Shown here piece after piece: positions 1-12,249 of a DNA stretch of 64,000 bases; position 1 is the first letter of the stretch, and each line of letters opens with the position of its first letter. The position numbers and the translations under genes were made by a program. The notes below the pieces were generated by a model. It was not told the DNA's origin. It was given only the letters and a program-made list of their open reading frames with translations, and searched no databases. The DNA is from Eledone cirrhosa (lineage: Eukaryota), in the NCBI GenBank assembly GCA_964016885.1, contig OZ024750.1:9424001-9488000 (forward strand), read 5' to 3'.

Positions 1-475
1 TATATATGTATATGCACCTGAATGGCAGTGTGTTATCTTCAACAGTTTTCTCTATATAAAAACCCAGATCATAAATGATTATATAGATATTTTTTATTAA
101 CCAGTGTAAAATAAGCAAAAATGATAAATATTTCTTTAACATTTTTCTATCATATTCTTAATATTCTCTTTAACTTGTTTTCTTCATTTTTCTTATATTT
201 TCCTAATACTGTATATTCCACTATAATTCAATATACATTTGTCTTCTTCAATATTTCCTCGGCATAGAATTTATAAGAATTATTCTTTAAATAAAAAATT
301 CTTTACTTAATTAGCAAAAGATCTATTATTTTCATTTGATATTTTGTTTAATGTATTTTCTTTCATGTATTTTTTTTTAATATTATTAATTGATTTGAAT
401 GTATCTTCTGCCATTCCAAGTCAACTGATGCAATTCTTCAGAATAATGTGCCAACAAAAATGCCCCTCCATGATA

Positions 476-768
476 TTAACCCTTTAGCATTTCCATTACT
501 CTATATTTACTCTACTCTATATTTACATTACTCTATATTTACTCTACTCTATATTTACATTACTCTATATTTACAATTATATTTTCATGCTAAAGGCTTT
601 ACCTTACATAATTATCTCGCATAATATCGAATCTACAAGATTTTGATATTATTTATTTTGAGAACAATACCTTAACATAAGTATGAGCAGCTGTTTATAG
701 CCAGTTTGAACAGAAAGAGGTGAAAGAATTCTGGCTGAATACAGCCAGTTTAAATGCTAAAGAGTTAC
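476..768. mobile_element. piggyBac-like MITE (TTAA-CCCTTTAGCATTT TIR) with an internal 16-17 bp tandem expansion
   Basis: Left end ttaaccctttagcattt; degenerate right end aaatgctaaagagtta; body matches the copy at 24375-24603; repeated tactctatatttac unit at 497-573. Confidence 0.75.
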
Positions 769-935
769 AAATAATACTATACTGCTTTAAATTAAGTAAC
801 AAAACATTGGATCTTTTGCTGAGAGCTTGTATGCCTGAGCTGGGCAATAGGGTGAGCTCCTGCTGGTCTAAAGAACGGCTCAAATAAGTTGTGTATATCA
901 CCTCTGCCAGCTAAACTCCCTCACAGTGGCACATT

Positions 936-1785
936 GAGAGTGGCACCCCAAAAATTGACTGTACCAGTGGCACATCTACAGTGGGACCCCAATAATTGGC
1001 TGTCCTGTGGCACTTCTACAGTGGCACCCCAACGACTGGCTGTACCTGTGGCACATCTACAGTGGCACCCCAACAACTGGCTGTACCTGTGGCACATCTA
1101 CAGTGGCACACCAACAACTGGCTGTACCTGTGGCACATCTACAGTGGCACCCCAACGACTGGCTGTACCTGTGGCACATCTACAGTGGCACACCAACAAC
1201 TGGCTGTACCTGTGGCACATCTACAGTGGCACACCAACAACTGGCTGTACCTGTGGCACATCTACAGTGGCACACCAACAACTGGCTGTACCTGTGGCAC
1301 ATCTACAGTGGCACCCCAACGACTGGCTGTACCTGTGGCACATCTACAGTGGCACACCAACAACTGGCTGTACCTGTGGCACATCTACAGTGGCACCCCA
1401 ACGACTGGCTGTACCTGTGGCACATCTACAGTGGCACCCCAACGACTGGCTGTACCTGTGGTACATCTACAGTGGAACCCCAACGACTGGCTGTACCTGT
1501 GGTACATCTACAGTGGCACCCCAACGACTGGCTGTACCTGTGGCACATCTACAGTGGCACCCCAACGACTGGCTGTACCAGTGGCACATCTACAGTGGCA
1601 CCCCAACAACTGGCTGTACCTGTGGCACACCTACAGTGACACACCAACAACTGGGTGTACCTGTGGCACACCTACAGTGGCACACCAACAACTGGCTGTA
1701 CCTGTGGCACATCTACAGTGACACACCAACAACTGGGTGTACCTGTGGCACATCTACAGTGGCACACCAACAACTGGGTGCACCA
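936..1785. repeat. 41-bp minisatellite, about 21 copies (tggctgtacctgtggcacatctacagtggcaccccaacgac)
   Basis: Direct period of 41 nt; the three + ORFs repeat every 41 aa (3x41 nt), as expected for a unit not divisible by 3. Confidence 0.95.
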
Positions 1786-1991
1786 GTTGCAGTAACACGA
1801 TGATGATGATGATTTCATTATTGCTTAATTAACTTGGGAAAGGAGGTGTGACTATTTTAAAGAGAAGAAACATTGAATCAAATTAGAGAATTACAAGACA
1901 AACTATGTCATTGTCACTTCATACATTAATTACAAGCCCACACATTAACGGAAGCATCACCTGGTGGTCGGGGTTTATATGTATATGTGTG

Positions 1992-2049
<58 letters not shown>

Positions 2050-2392
2050 GGAGGTACATGGCTTAGTGGTTAGAGCATTGGCCTTGCAATCGAAAGGTTG
2101 TGAGTTCAATTCTCAGACCGGGTGATGTGTTGTTTCCTTGAGCAAGACACTTTATTTCACATTGCTCCAGTTTACTCAGCTGTAGAAATGAGATGATAAG
2201 TACTGGGGTCCCTATCATTCCACTGTAGAGTGGTCGTGGAGGTGCCACGGCAAAAAAAGCACCCAGCACTCACTGTAAATGAGGTTGGTGTTAGGAAGGG
2301 CATCCAGCTGTAGAAATCAAGCCAGAATCAGTGCCCGTCCCACCCTTGCAAGCAGGGAAAAGCGGACGTTAAATGAAATGATGATGATGATG
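2050..2392 (+). mobile_element. tRNA-headed CORE-type SINE (family A) with RTE-like (GAT)n tail
   Basis: A-box tggcttagtgg; B-box gagttcaattc; CORE-like ccttgagcaag...cagtttactcagctgtagaaatg; tail cccttgcaagcagggaaaagcggacgttaaa(gat)n; flanked by (TA)n. Confidence 0.9.
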
Positions 2393-2447
2393 ATATATAT
2401 ATATATATATATATATATTCATTTATGTACATACATCATTATATATA

Positions 2448-2638
2448 GGGCGGTGGATTGGCAGTATCGGTAGAGAGTCGGACACCATGCTTTGAAGCAT
2501 AGAGTTACGTCCCTTTATGATCTGAGTTCAAATCCCGCCGAGGTTAACTTTGCCTTTCATCCTTACGGGGTCGATAAAATAAAGTACCAGTAATGTACTG
2601 GGTAATTGCTGGCCTTGTGCCTAAAATAGAAACAATTA
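2448..2638 (+). mobile_element. OK-like tRNA-derived SINE (family B)
   Basis: ttggcagtatcggtagag A-box; gagttcaaatccc B-box; gcctttcatccttacggggtcgataaaataaagtaccag body; ggccttgtgcc..agaaacaatta tail; at least 15 copies in the window. Confidence 0.85.
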
Positions 2639-2668
2639 TATATATATACATGAAAGACGACAGTTGTA

Positions 2669-2793
2669 TAAAAAAGTGCAGGGCGATCAAAATAAAAAAA
2701 GTGCAGGGCGATCAAAATAAAAAAAGTGCAGGGCGATCAAAATAAAAAAAGTGCAGGGCGATCAAAATAAAAAAAGTGCAGGGCGATCAAAAT
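2669..2793. repeat. 25-bp tandem repeat x5 (aaaaaagtgcagggcgatcaaaata)
   Basis: gtgcaggg recurs at 2676, 2701, 2726, 2751, 2776. Confidence 0.95.
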
Positions 2794-4135
2794 ATGTGTA
2801 TTTATATATATATATAAATATATATAAATATATATATATAATGTATATTTAGTTTTAAAATGTCCACTAAAAAAGGAGGAAAAAGATAGAAAACTGAAGG
2901 ACTAAATGTTTGATAAAATAGTTGGGTGACATGTTTTCTTTAAAAGTACTTGTGTTGTTGTATGTGTGTAGTTGTAGAGTTGGTGTGGTGTTGTGTGTGT
3001 AGGTGTAGAGTTGGTGTGTTGTGTGTGTAGGTGTAGAGTTGGTGTGTTGTTGTATATGTAGTTGTGTGTGTTTGTGTGTGTAGTTGTGTGTGTGGTTTTT
3101 TTATGTGTGTGTGTAGTTGTGTGTGTAGTTTGTGTGTGTAGTTGTGTGTGTGTGCAGTTGTGTGTGTCAATGCAGTTGTGTATATATATATATATATATA
3201 TGTACAATGTGTATGTATGTGTAGCTGTGTGTGTGTTTGTAGTTGTGTATGTATATATGTGTATGCATGTGTATGTATATATGTGTATGTATGTGTATGT
3301 ATATATGTGTAGTTGTGTGTGTATATATGTGTATGTATGTGTATGTATATATGTGTACGTATGTGTGTGCTGTTCATATGTTAGAAAATTTGTTTGTTAT
3401 TTTTTTGTTTCTGTTATTTATTCTTTTGTTTTGTATTTTTCCTCTATTTCTTTCTCCAAAGACATTTCTACTATATTATTTTATACTTTGAAATATTGTC
3501 TATTGGCGTTCCTTCTTTTACCATAGTTGTGGGTAGTGGGTGGTACCACGCTTTAGTATGCCACTTAATTACTTATAAGTTAGTTTTTTAAACACCTCAT
3601 ATCACTCTGTTATTTTCTCAGTCTTATAAAGTGGTCTACTTCTTATTTCTTTTATTGATTTCCATGTATGAGCATTCCAATTCTTTGATCAATGGAACTA
3701 ACTTATCATTGACTTATATAATTAAAAATTTCTGGCTGGGTATTCTCCCGAGATATTTGTACTTTTACCATAATTCTCACACATTCTCAACAGAATATTG
3801 TGTGAGTGTGACACAATTCAAATTGTAAATATAGTCCATTTAACACTTTAGTTACCAATCTGGACAAAACTAGCTCTGGTTCTATGAAATAAAACCACTC
3901 ATTTTAAAGGTTTTCAATTTAAATAAAAATCTCCCAACATAATTTCATGTAAGAGCCTTACATTAAGTTACTATCTTACCAACTCAGCTTAAATGAGCTC
4001 TGGTTCTGTGAAATAAAGTCACCCATTTTAAAGGTCATTCCATTTAGTAATATATACTCTTTTACACTTTTACCTGTTCCAGCCATCCGGCTGGGGCCAT
4101 GCTGGGGCACCACCCTTAAAAAGAACTGTATAATT

Positions 4136-4191
4136 CGTCCTTGGGTGGACTCGAACCACCAACCTTTTAGTTAACAACCAAACACGCTAAC
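4136..4191 (-). pseudogene. 5'-truncated tRNA-Asn(GTT) pseudogene
   Basis: Minus strand gttagcgtgtttggttgttaactaaaaggttggtggttcgagtccacccaaggacg matches the 3' three quarters of metazoan tRNA-Asn; anticodon GTT at 4173-4175; T5 run about 13 nt downstream. Confidence 0.85.
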
Positions 4192-4405
4192 ATGTAGGAG
4201 ACACGGTGAAAAGGCTCCCAGTCCACACTATAAATGTGGCTGGTGTTAGGAAGGGCATCCAGCTGTAAAAAAACCTGCCAGAGACGCTTCCGTGCGAGCG
4301 AGACATGGTCTTCCGACCATTCCCGCATCAAATAGAGCAAAACCGACTAACCCATGCTAGCGTGGAAGATGGACGTTAAACGATGACAATGATGATGATG
4401 ATGAT
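4192..4405 (+). mobile_element. 3' fragment of the RTE LINE 3'UTR / SINE-tail module
   Basis: One 48-bp unit, ggtgttaggaagggcatccagctgt, then aacccatgctagcgtggaagatggacgttaaa(gat)n. Confidence 0.75.
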
Positions 4406-4522
4406 ATATATATATATATATATATAACAAAGGAAGTGTGGTAAAGAACCAGGTGGAACAGGCGTCCAGAAATAGCCGTCGAAACGGCTTGAGCTGTGCC
4501 GTCGGGGTCCTAAACATTTTCC

Positions 4523-4562
<40 letters not shown>

Positions 4563-4989
4563 TTTTTCTATTTTATATATATATATAAAGTAAACAGAAA
4601 TAATGCAACAAATACATTATATATATGTATTAGATGGTTAGATAGATGCGTGTATGTGTGTGTTCAAATTAATGTTTGTTTATGAAAATATATTAGCGAT
4701 CATCTTCATGGGTGACTCTAGTATAGATAAATGAAACTATACATACAGGTATAAAAATGTTGTGTCTGTGTGGCTTTAGTGATACATCACTTCACTTGAA
4801 AAATTACTTTGATGTGTAAACATGTTACTGCTTACTTTCCAATATAACACAAGCAAATGTTATGGAGATATGTATAAGTGTAGGTTAGTGTTTATGTATG
4901 TATGTATGTATGTATGTATGTGTGTGTGTGGTGGGCGATTATCTGCCTGTGCATTTATGTATGATTATGTCAACATTAATATATGATGA

Positions 4990-5079
<90 letters not shown>

Positions 5080-5100
5080 ATATATATATATATGTATATA

Positions 5101-5133
<33 letters not shown>

Positions 5134-5949
5134 ATATATATATATATGTATATATGTATACATATATATATATGTATATATGTATACATATATATATATG
5201 TATATATATATACAGAGCGTCCAAAAGCAATGTATGCATACTTCAACAGCATTCTAATAATTATTGCCTGCATATATAATCAAAGTGTGTATACATTTTT
5301 GGAGTCACCATGTATATATAATTATTACTATAATATATATATATATATATATATATTATAATAATAATGAAAATTATTGTGTACACTGTTCAGGTGCACT
5401 ACAACTCATCAAATGTGCATGCATAGTACATAGAATAATGTACAAATGTCAGGAAAGTAAACAGTGTATAAATCATGATATACACACAGACACATGCATG
5501 CATGTCTATGGAGGGGGAACATCATGTGTATATATATATATATCCAATATATATATATATATATATATATACAATATATATATACAATATATATATATAT
5601 ATACAATATATATATATATATACAATATATATATATATATATACAATATATATATATATATATACAATATATATATATACAATATATATATATATATACA
5701 ATATATATATATACAATATATATATATATATATATCCAATATATATATATATATATATACAATATATATATATATATATATATATACAATATATATATAT
5801 ATATATATATACAATATATATATATATATACAATATATATATATATAGAGATATGTATATATATTTATAGAGAGAGAGAGATATGTATATATATATAGAG
5901 AGATATGTATATATATATATATATATCCGATATAATAACCTGTCCAATT

Positions 5950-6230
5950 CCTATTATTATCCATCTATGTAAATCTCTTCCTATTCATTTGGCTTCTTAA
6001 TAATAGTCTCTATAAACCATTTATTCTCATTAAATGTTCAAAATATTTTAGATTTTTCTCTTTGATGGTGTCTAATAAATGTATCTTAGGTGTTACCATT
6101 CTTAATACTCCATCATTAGTTTTCTCTTCACAATAGTCTTAGAAGTAGTCTTCTATGTATGCCCACGTCTTAAAAGCTTCTGATTTATTTCAAGACTCTT
6201 TTGTTAAAGCCATAATTTTACTATAATAAT
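5950..6230 (-). mobile_element. Degenerate RTE-clade LINE ORF C-terminal remnant
   Basis: Minus-strand reading KTNDGVLRMVTPKIHLLDTIKE / KYFEHLMRINGL resembles the RTE 'TNeeVL...IkrrkLkyfGHlmR' motif; has stops and a frameshift. Confidence 0.5.
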
Positions 6231-6477
6231 TATGAACTCATCTGGTACTAAATGACATTAGATAACTATTGCAATTCAATATCTTAATGATTTAGATTTC
6301 GGTAGAACTTTGTCTTCGGTATGTCTGCCATCATTTCTAGTATCTCTACTGCAGCCAATTCAATGAAGGAATCTCTACAAAAGTCGTTTTTAACCCTTTT
6401 TTACTTCATGTTTCATCATGACAATATTTCAGCATATACTACATTGGTGTATCTCAAGCAACATACATACTCTAAAT

Positions 6478-6756
6478 GAGGGGCGTGCAACAGGCAGCCC
6501 GCGGGCCACAATTTTTAAATTTTACCTTGTAGGCTTATTTAAAATTTCTTTCGTAACCGTAATACAATTTTCTGTTAGTTGACCTATACTAAAGGGCTTC
6601 ACTGATAGGGTTATGTGTGTTATAATTTCCCAGTTCCATGTTATGGAAAGAAGTTGTGGTGAATCTTTGGAATAGTGCTAAATAAATATTGTTGGCCCTA
6701 ATAGTTGTTCCTATGTTCAAAAGTGGTCTGCCAATGAAATATGTTGCAGACCCCTG
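6478..6756. mobile_element. hAT (Charlie-like) non-autonomous DNA transposon
   Basis: TIRs gaggggcgtgcaac / gttgcagacccctg; 8-bp TSD ctctaaat (6470-6477) / ctctagat (6757-6764); subterminal gcccgcgggcc. Confidence 0.75.
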
Positions 6757-7117
6757 CTCTAGATCATAAATAGATTCTCCTGATCTACTATGGTCTCTGG
6801 TCTTCTGGGGTAGAAGTAGTTATCTACCTAACCCCACCATTTAAGTCCACTTATTATCTCCATATGTCTTCTCTTCCTTCTAACTGTGATTGATCTCCTT
6901 GCCCCTACACTAAACAATGCACCCAACCCTTTCTTTGCAACACTGAAACTCTCAGGAATACACTTTCTGCCCTCATTTTGCTACAGGGACCAGCCTACAG
7001 TATTCAACCTGAATATCAACTGCATCAATCTCATTAGTTCAAGTCAGCCAGCAAAGGTTATGGACTGTAACCCTCTTCTGTATAGTTTATATAGTGGGTT
7101 GTGTAGTTTTTTTACAG

Positions 7118-7137
7118 TGCCTGTAAATCAGGGCAAG
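7118..7137 (+). CDS. Candidate 20-nt micro-exon (xPVNQGK)
   Basis: tttttttacag| and AAG|gtaaga; in frame with the downstream candidates. Confidence 0.4.
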
Positions 7138-7302
7138 GTAAGAAGAGTAAGCTGTTAGGAACAGGGTGGCAGAAGCTAGAATATAATAAAATACAATAAA
7201 GGGGATAAAACTTGTTTCAAAAATTATATATGTTTGGTGTTTTAATGTTTGTTTAGGTGAAGTTGTGGAAGAGTTAATGTTAGAATTAAAGTTCTATATA
7301 TT

Positions 7303-7344
<42 letters not shown>

Positions 7345-7350
<6 letters not shown>

Positions 7351-7553
7351 GAACGATCGACTTTTCGTCAACTCGGACCAAGAAAATAATGTTTCCATTA
7401 GTATTTCCAATTGCTAATACTATCTATCATTTGCATCTCCTAGTAGAAGGAGCAACGTGAAATAAAGTGTCTTGCTCAAGGACATAACGCATCACTCAGT
7501 CCAGGAATCTAACTCACAACCTCACGATTGTGAATCCACTCAGCCACATGCCT
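7345..7553 (-). mobile_element. CORE-type SINE with alternative tail (family D)
   Basis: CORE block on the minus strand; tail homologous to 63440-63530. Confidence 0.7.
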
Positions 7554-7810
7554 TATATGTATAGGTATTAAGGTGCAAATTAATCGTGACCATAGGTGAT
7601 ATGCTGAATGAGCACTCAATGCTCTTGGGGAGCAGAGTCTACATGTTAAAACATATCTGAGGAGCTTCCGATTCCAGAGTCAGGTTCGATCATTAATAGA
7701 TTGTTCCTTGCACTGATCGACAGTGAAACATATGTAATATGTAATAAAATATGTATATGATGCAACACTGATTCTTTGTTCCCTTATATATTAATACCAT
7801 ATATATATAT

Positions 7811-7968
7811 ATCATCATCATCATCATCATTTTATGTCTGCTTTTCCCTGCTTGCAAGGGTTGGACGGGTCCTATTCAGCACAGCATCTCTCCACTTGTC
7901 ACAGTCCTTCATCATCTCCTCGGTGAGTTTCAGCAATCTGAGGTCTGTTCTCACCACCTCTGCCCATG
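7811..7968 (-). mobile_element. 5'-truncated RTE LINE 3' end
   Basis: Encodes [44 protein letters not shown] followed by a (GAT)n tail. Confidence 0.85.
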
Positions 7969-7983
7969 ATGATGATATATATA

Positions 7984-8169
7984 TAATTGTTTCTACTTTT
8001 GGCACAAGGCCAGCAATTACCCAGTTCATTACTGGTACTTTATTTTATCGACCTGGTAAGGATGAAAGGCAAAATAAACCTCGGTAGGATTTGAACTCAG
8101 ACCGTAAAGGGACGTAACTATGCTGGAAAGCATGGCGTCCGACCCTCTACCGACACTGCCAATCCACCA
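7984..8169 (-). mobile_element. OK-like SINE (family B)
   Basis: Reverse complement of 2448-2638. Confidence 0.85.
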
Positions 8170-8356
8170 TATAATATCTACACTCAGGTTTATATGTCAC
8201 ATTATTTAACTCGCTTCGTGTGTTTGTCAGTTGATGTACTTTTATATATATATATATATATATATACATGTAAAGTTATATTTAAAATTGTTGGGTTACA
8301 ACTAGTAAATATTTATAACTGATATAAAAGCACTCGACAAATATTTGGAGTATATT

Positions 8357-8847
8357 TACAATATTAAATAAATGGAAAACTATATTTATAAAACCATATT
8401 TATTTCATTATATATATTTCGGGGATATCATATTAACAATATGCTATGCCTTCATCAGACAAAATACAATATAAACAGTTTTATAGATAAATATATTCGA
8501 CATACCGTAATAAACATCAACTTCATTTGGAGAGGTTTACGCTAGCAGTGAAAATACAGTGAAATTCCTTCTCTTCGTTCTGTCTTTCTTTCTTTCTTTT
8601 TTTTTTTTTTTTTTTCCCTCTTTTCTTTCTCTCTTTCTTTCTCTCTGTATTTTCACTGCTAGCGTAAACCTCTCCAAATGAAGTTGATGTTTATTACGGT
8701 ATGTCGAATATATTTATCTATAAAACTGTTTATATTGTATTTTGTCTGATGAAGGCATAGCATATTGTTAATATGATATCCCCGAAATATATATAATGAA
8801 ATAAATATGGTTTTATAAATATAGTTTTCCATTTATTTAATATTGTA
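8357..8847. repeat. 203-bp inverted repeat (8357-8559 / 8645-8847), probably a Penelope-like element remnant
   Basis: Arms read as exact reverse complements around an 85-nt pyrimidine spacer; each arm carries a hammerhead-like core; the same family occurs at 26281-26457. Confidence 0.85.
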
Positions 8848-8863
8848 TATATATATATATATA

Positions 8864-9046
8864 TTTATTAAAATAACAGATTAAAGTTTAAGCAAAGAAT
8901 CGCTGCTTTCACTCTTAACGGGATCTTCAGAAACTAACCTTTAATCTGTTATTTTAATAAATATTTGCTCTACGGTTCTTATATATTTGATATATATTTT
9001 CCTTATCGAGCCCTCTTTGGATTTTAGTCTTCAATTTTATTATTAT

Positions 9047-9050
<4 letters not shown>
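8864..9050. mobile_element. Penelope-like remnant (second family) with short internal inverted repeat
   Basis: tttattaaaataacagattaaag / ctttaatctgttattttaataaa; minus strand ctgaaga-tccc-gttaa-gagt-gaaa; related pieces at 26178-26254, 46235-46283, 55376-55487; flanked by (TA)n. Confidence 0.55.
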
Positions 9051-9112
<62 letters not shown>

Positions 9113-9337
9113 ATGCACACACATCCACACACTTAGTTGCAGCTTCCTACATGAAAGAAATTAGTATGTACTTATATTATTAAATGTAAAGATATATCAT
9201 TTTATATATATATGTATGTATATATGTATGTATGTATGTATGGGTGTGGTGGTGGCATGGTGATTGTTGTTGTTGTGGTTGTGGTGGTGGCAGTGGTGGT
9301 GGCAGTGAGAACATTTGGTGAGAGCACTGAACGGGGT

Positions 9338-9401
9338 GATGATAATAGTTATGATGATGATGATGATGATGAAGATAATAGTTATGATGATGATGATGAT
9401 A

Positions 9402-9433
<32 letters not shown>

Positions 9434-9509
9434 GATAATAGTTATGATGATGATGATGATAATGATGATGATGATGATGATGAAGATAATAGTTATGATG
9501 ATGATGATA

Positions 9510-9544
<35 letters not shown>

Positions 9545-9596
9545 GATAATAGTTATGATGATGGTGATAATGATGATGATGATGAAGATAATAGTT

Positions 9597-9628
<32 letters not shown>

Positions 9629-9743
9629 GATAATAGTTATGATGATGATGATAATGATGATGACGATGATGATGATAATGATGATGACGATGATGATGAT
9701 GATGATGGTAATAGTTATGATGACGATGATGAAGATAATAGTT

Positions 9744-9778
<35 letters not shown>

Positions 9779-9827
9779 GATAATAGTTATGATGATGATG
9801 ATGATGATGATGATGATGGTAATAGTT

Positions 9828-9859
<32 letters not shown>

Positions 9860-10345
9860 GATAATAGTTATGATGATGATGATAATGATGATGACGATGA
9901 TGATGATGATGATGGTAATAGTTATGATGATGATGATGATGATGATGAAGATAATAGTTATGATGATGATGATGATGATGGTAATAGTTATGACGACGAT
10001 GATGGTGATGATAACGATCACAGTGATAATGTCTATCATAATGATAGTAGTGGAATTGGCAGCATTAGATAAAAGAAAATTTATTCAGCAACACTATCAT
10101 CATCATCAGCATTATCAACTTCCTTCTCATCCTCCTCCTCCTCATCATCATCATCATCATCATTCCCATACTCATCATCCTCGTCACCATCATCATAATC
10201 ATCATCCTCGTCACCATCATCACCACCACCATCATCACCACCACCATCACCACCACCACCATCATCATCATCACCACCACCATCATCATCATCCCCATCA
10301 TCATCATCATCATCATCCTCTCATCATCATCATCATCATCATAAT
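9338..10345. repeat. (GAT)n array with periodic gaagataatagttat interruptions, followed by a (CAT/CAC)n array
   Basis: Seen directly; GAT block 9338-10020, CAT/CAC block about 10096-10345. Confidence 0.95.
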
Positions 10346-10379
10346 TTTCATTATTATTATTATTATTATCATTATATCT

Positions 10380-10520
10380 TTTTACACGGCCAAAACCCAC
10401 TTTGTATCGTCCTGTGCCATTTGTAATGTTTTTCTTCATGTTAGCCCTTGTGGCCAATAAAGAAACCATTATAATTATTATTATTATTATTATGTCGGCC
10501 CTTGTGGCCAATAAATGAAA

Positions 10521-10558
<38 letters not shown>
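10380..10558 (+). mobile_element. Two short 3' tails of a Tx1/L1-like LINE
   Basis: gcccttgtggccaataaa..(tta)n occurs twice and matches the terminus at 36650-36733. Confidence 0.7.
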
Positions 10559-10560
<2 letters not shown>

Positions 10561-10988
10561 AGTAGTTGTAATGAAAACAAACTATTCTATAATTTCAGTC
10601 ATTTTTCTGTTTAAGCGGATGCTTCAACAATTATGTGGACATTGTAAACACTTGCCTTTGGTAAAGAGAAGATGCTAGATTTAAGTCAGAAGAATAAGAT
10701 GTGTGTGTTTGTGGTTGTACGACTCTTTAGTAAATATAACAATTTTAATCATCACCATCACCATCATCATCATATTTCAAATTGGCATATAATTTAATGA
10801 GAGTGAGTTTACTACAAGTGAGATCACTATCTCAGAAATATTGTCTACTTGTAATATTTGAGAGGATATTTACTTCCTTTTCCACTTTAGTATTAAGGTG
10901 AACATCAGATCGAATGTTTTGTAGTATTTGTTCCAGCTCTCTGCTCTGAGTTTGAATCCTGCCAAGGTCAACTTTGCCTTTCATCCAT

Positions 10989-11216
10989 TTAACCCTTTAA
11001 CATTTACATTACTCTATATATACTATTATATTTTCATGGTAAAGGCTTTACCTCACATAATTATCTCACACAATATCGAATCTATGAGATTTTGAAAGTA
11101 TTTATTTTGAGAACAATACCTTAACATCAGTTTGAGCAACCAGTTACAGCCAGTTTCAACAGAAAGAGGTAGAGAATTCTGGCCGGTTTTGGCCAGTTTG
11201 AACATTATAGGGTTAA
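10989..11216. mobile_element. piggyBac-like MITE nested in a family B SINE
   Basis: ttaaccc...gggttaa ends; host SINE halves gcctttcatcc (10975) and aaagtaccag..tactggggtc (11227) on either side. Confidence 0.8.
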
Positions 11217-11456
11217 AGTAAATAAAAAAGTACCAGTCTAGTACTGGGGTCAATTCTTCCTCTTCCTCTATATATCTCTTTCTCCCTTCCATTCTCTCAC
11301 TCTCTCTATTTCTTTCTCTGGAAGAAATCTGCTGTATTCAGACCTGGAGAGGAGATGGGCTCCACCAGGTTTTTTAAAAATTGACCAAGAAATGCTGTAT
11401 GTCAATATGGCACCCTTACGATTCTCTCAGGAGTTACAGGGTTATACAAACACACA

Positions 11457-11683
11457 TTGACCCTTTAGCATTTACTTTATTCTATATTTACTATTATATT
11501 TTCACGGTAAAGGCTTTATCTTACATAATATCTCACACAATATCGAATCTATGAGATTTTGATAATATTTATTTTAAGAACAATACCTTAACATCAGTAT
11601 GAGCATCCGGTTACAGCCAGTTTGAACAGAAAGGGGTAAGAGAATTCTGGACGGATATGGCTGGTTTAAATGTTAAAGGATAA
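11457..11683. mobile_element. piggyBac-like MITE
   Basis: ccctttagcattt left TIR; full body homologous to the other copies. Confidence 0.75.
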
Positions 11684-12249
11684 AGATGATAGTGCAAGAT
11701 GTTAAGGTTCCTATGGCTTTGGCTATTGTTTTTGGTATTTTAGCAATGCTACTTACATAAAAGTATGGAGCAAGATCAAATTGCTTTTCTATAATCCGAC
11801 TAGACTATTAAGAAACTCTTCTGGTGTTGTCCAGTTTCTGACAACCTAGTCTGTTTATAACAATTTCTTCTCTTCTCCATACACTGAAATTCCTTTTTAT
11901 CCTGTCAGTTGTTCATCTGTAAATGCAGTGTTGATTTTACAGTGATCCTATGGGAATGTGCTTTGAAAGTCTATGTTTAGTTTGTTCATAAGATTATGGC
12001 ATGAAAGCATCTAGCTATGAAAGGAATCTTGTCTTTTAGTTTTAGCTTTATCTTCATTAATGAACATTAAGTTGTAATATTGATCTTACTTCTTAGTTCT
12101 TGTTGATAGAAGCCAGCAACAGAGTTCCTATAAAAGGTTAACTTTTAGTAGCAATGGTTTACTGTGTTTAGCTATTTACTAGAATTCTTACCCTTATTTC
12201 ACAATTTTCCCATTGATACAGGCTAATGTATACATCCAGTGAAGCCTCC

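Noticed and set aside
889-1803. 304/241/210-aa overlapping ORFs and a CRISPR-like regular array
   Set aside because: Pure 41-bp tandem repeat with no unique spacers, no cas genes and a eukaryotic context; all three frames are open only because the unit lacks stops
3527-3555. 29-nt + exon candidate (LWVVGGTTL or VGSGWYHAL, kelch- or JmjC-like)
   Set aside because: Good acceptor but moderate donor; it does not join the preferred frame without an extra exon, and the motifs are too short to assign
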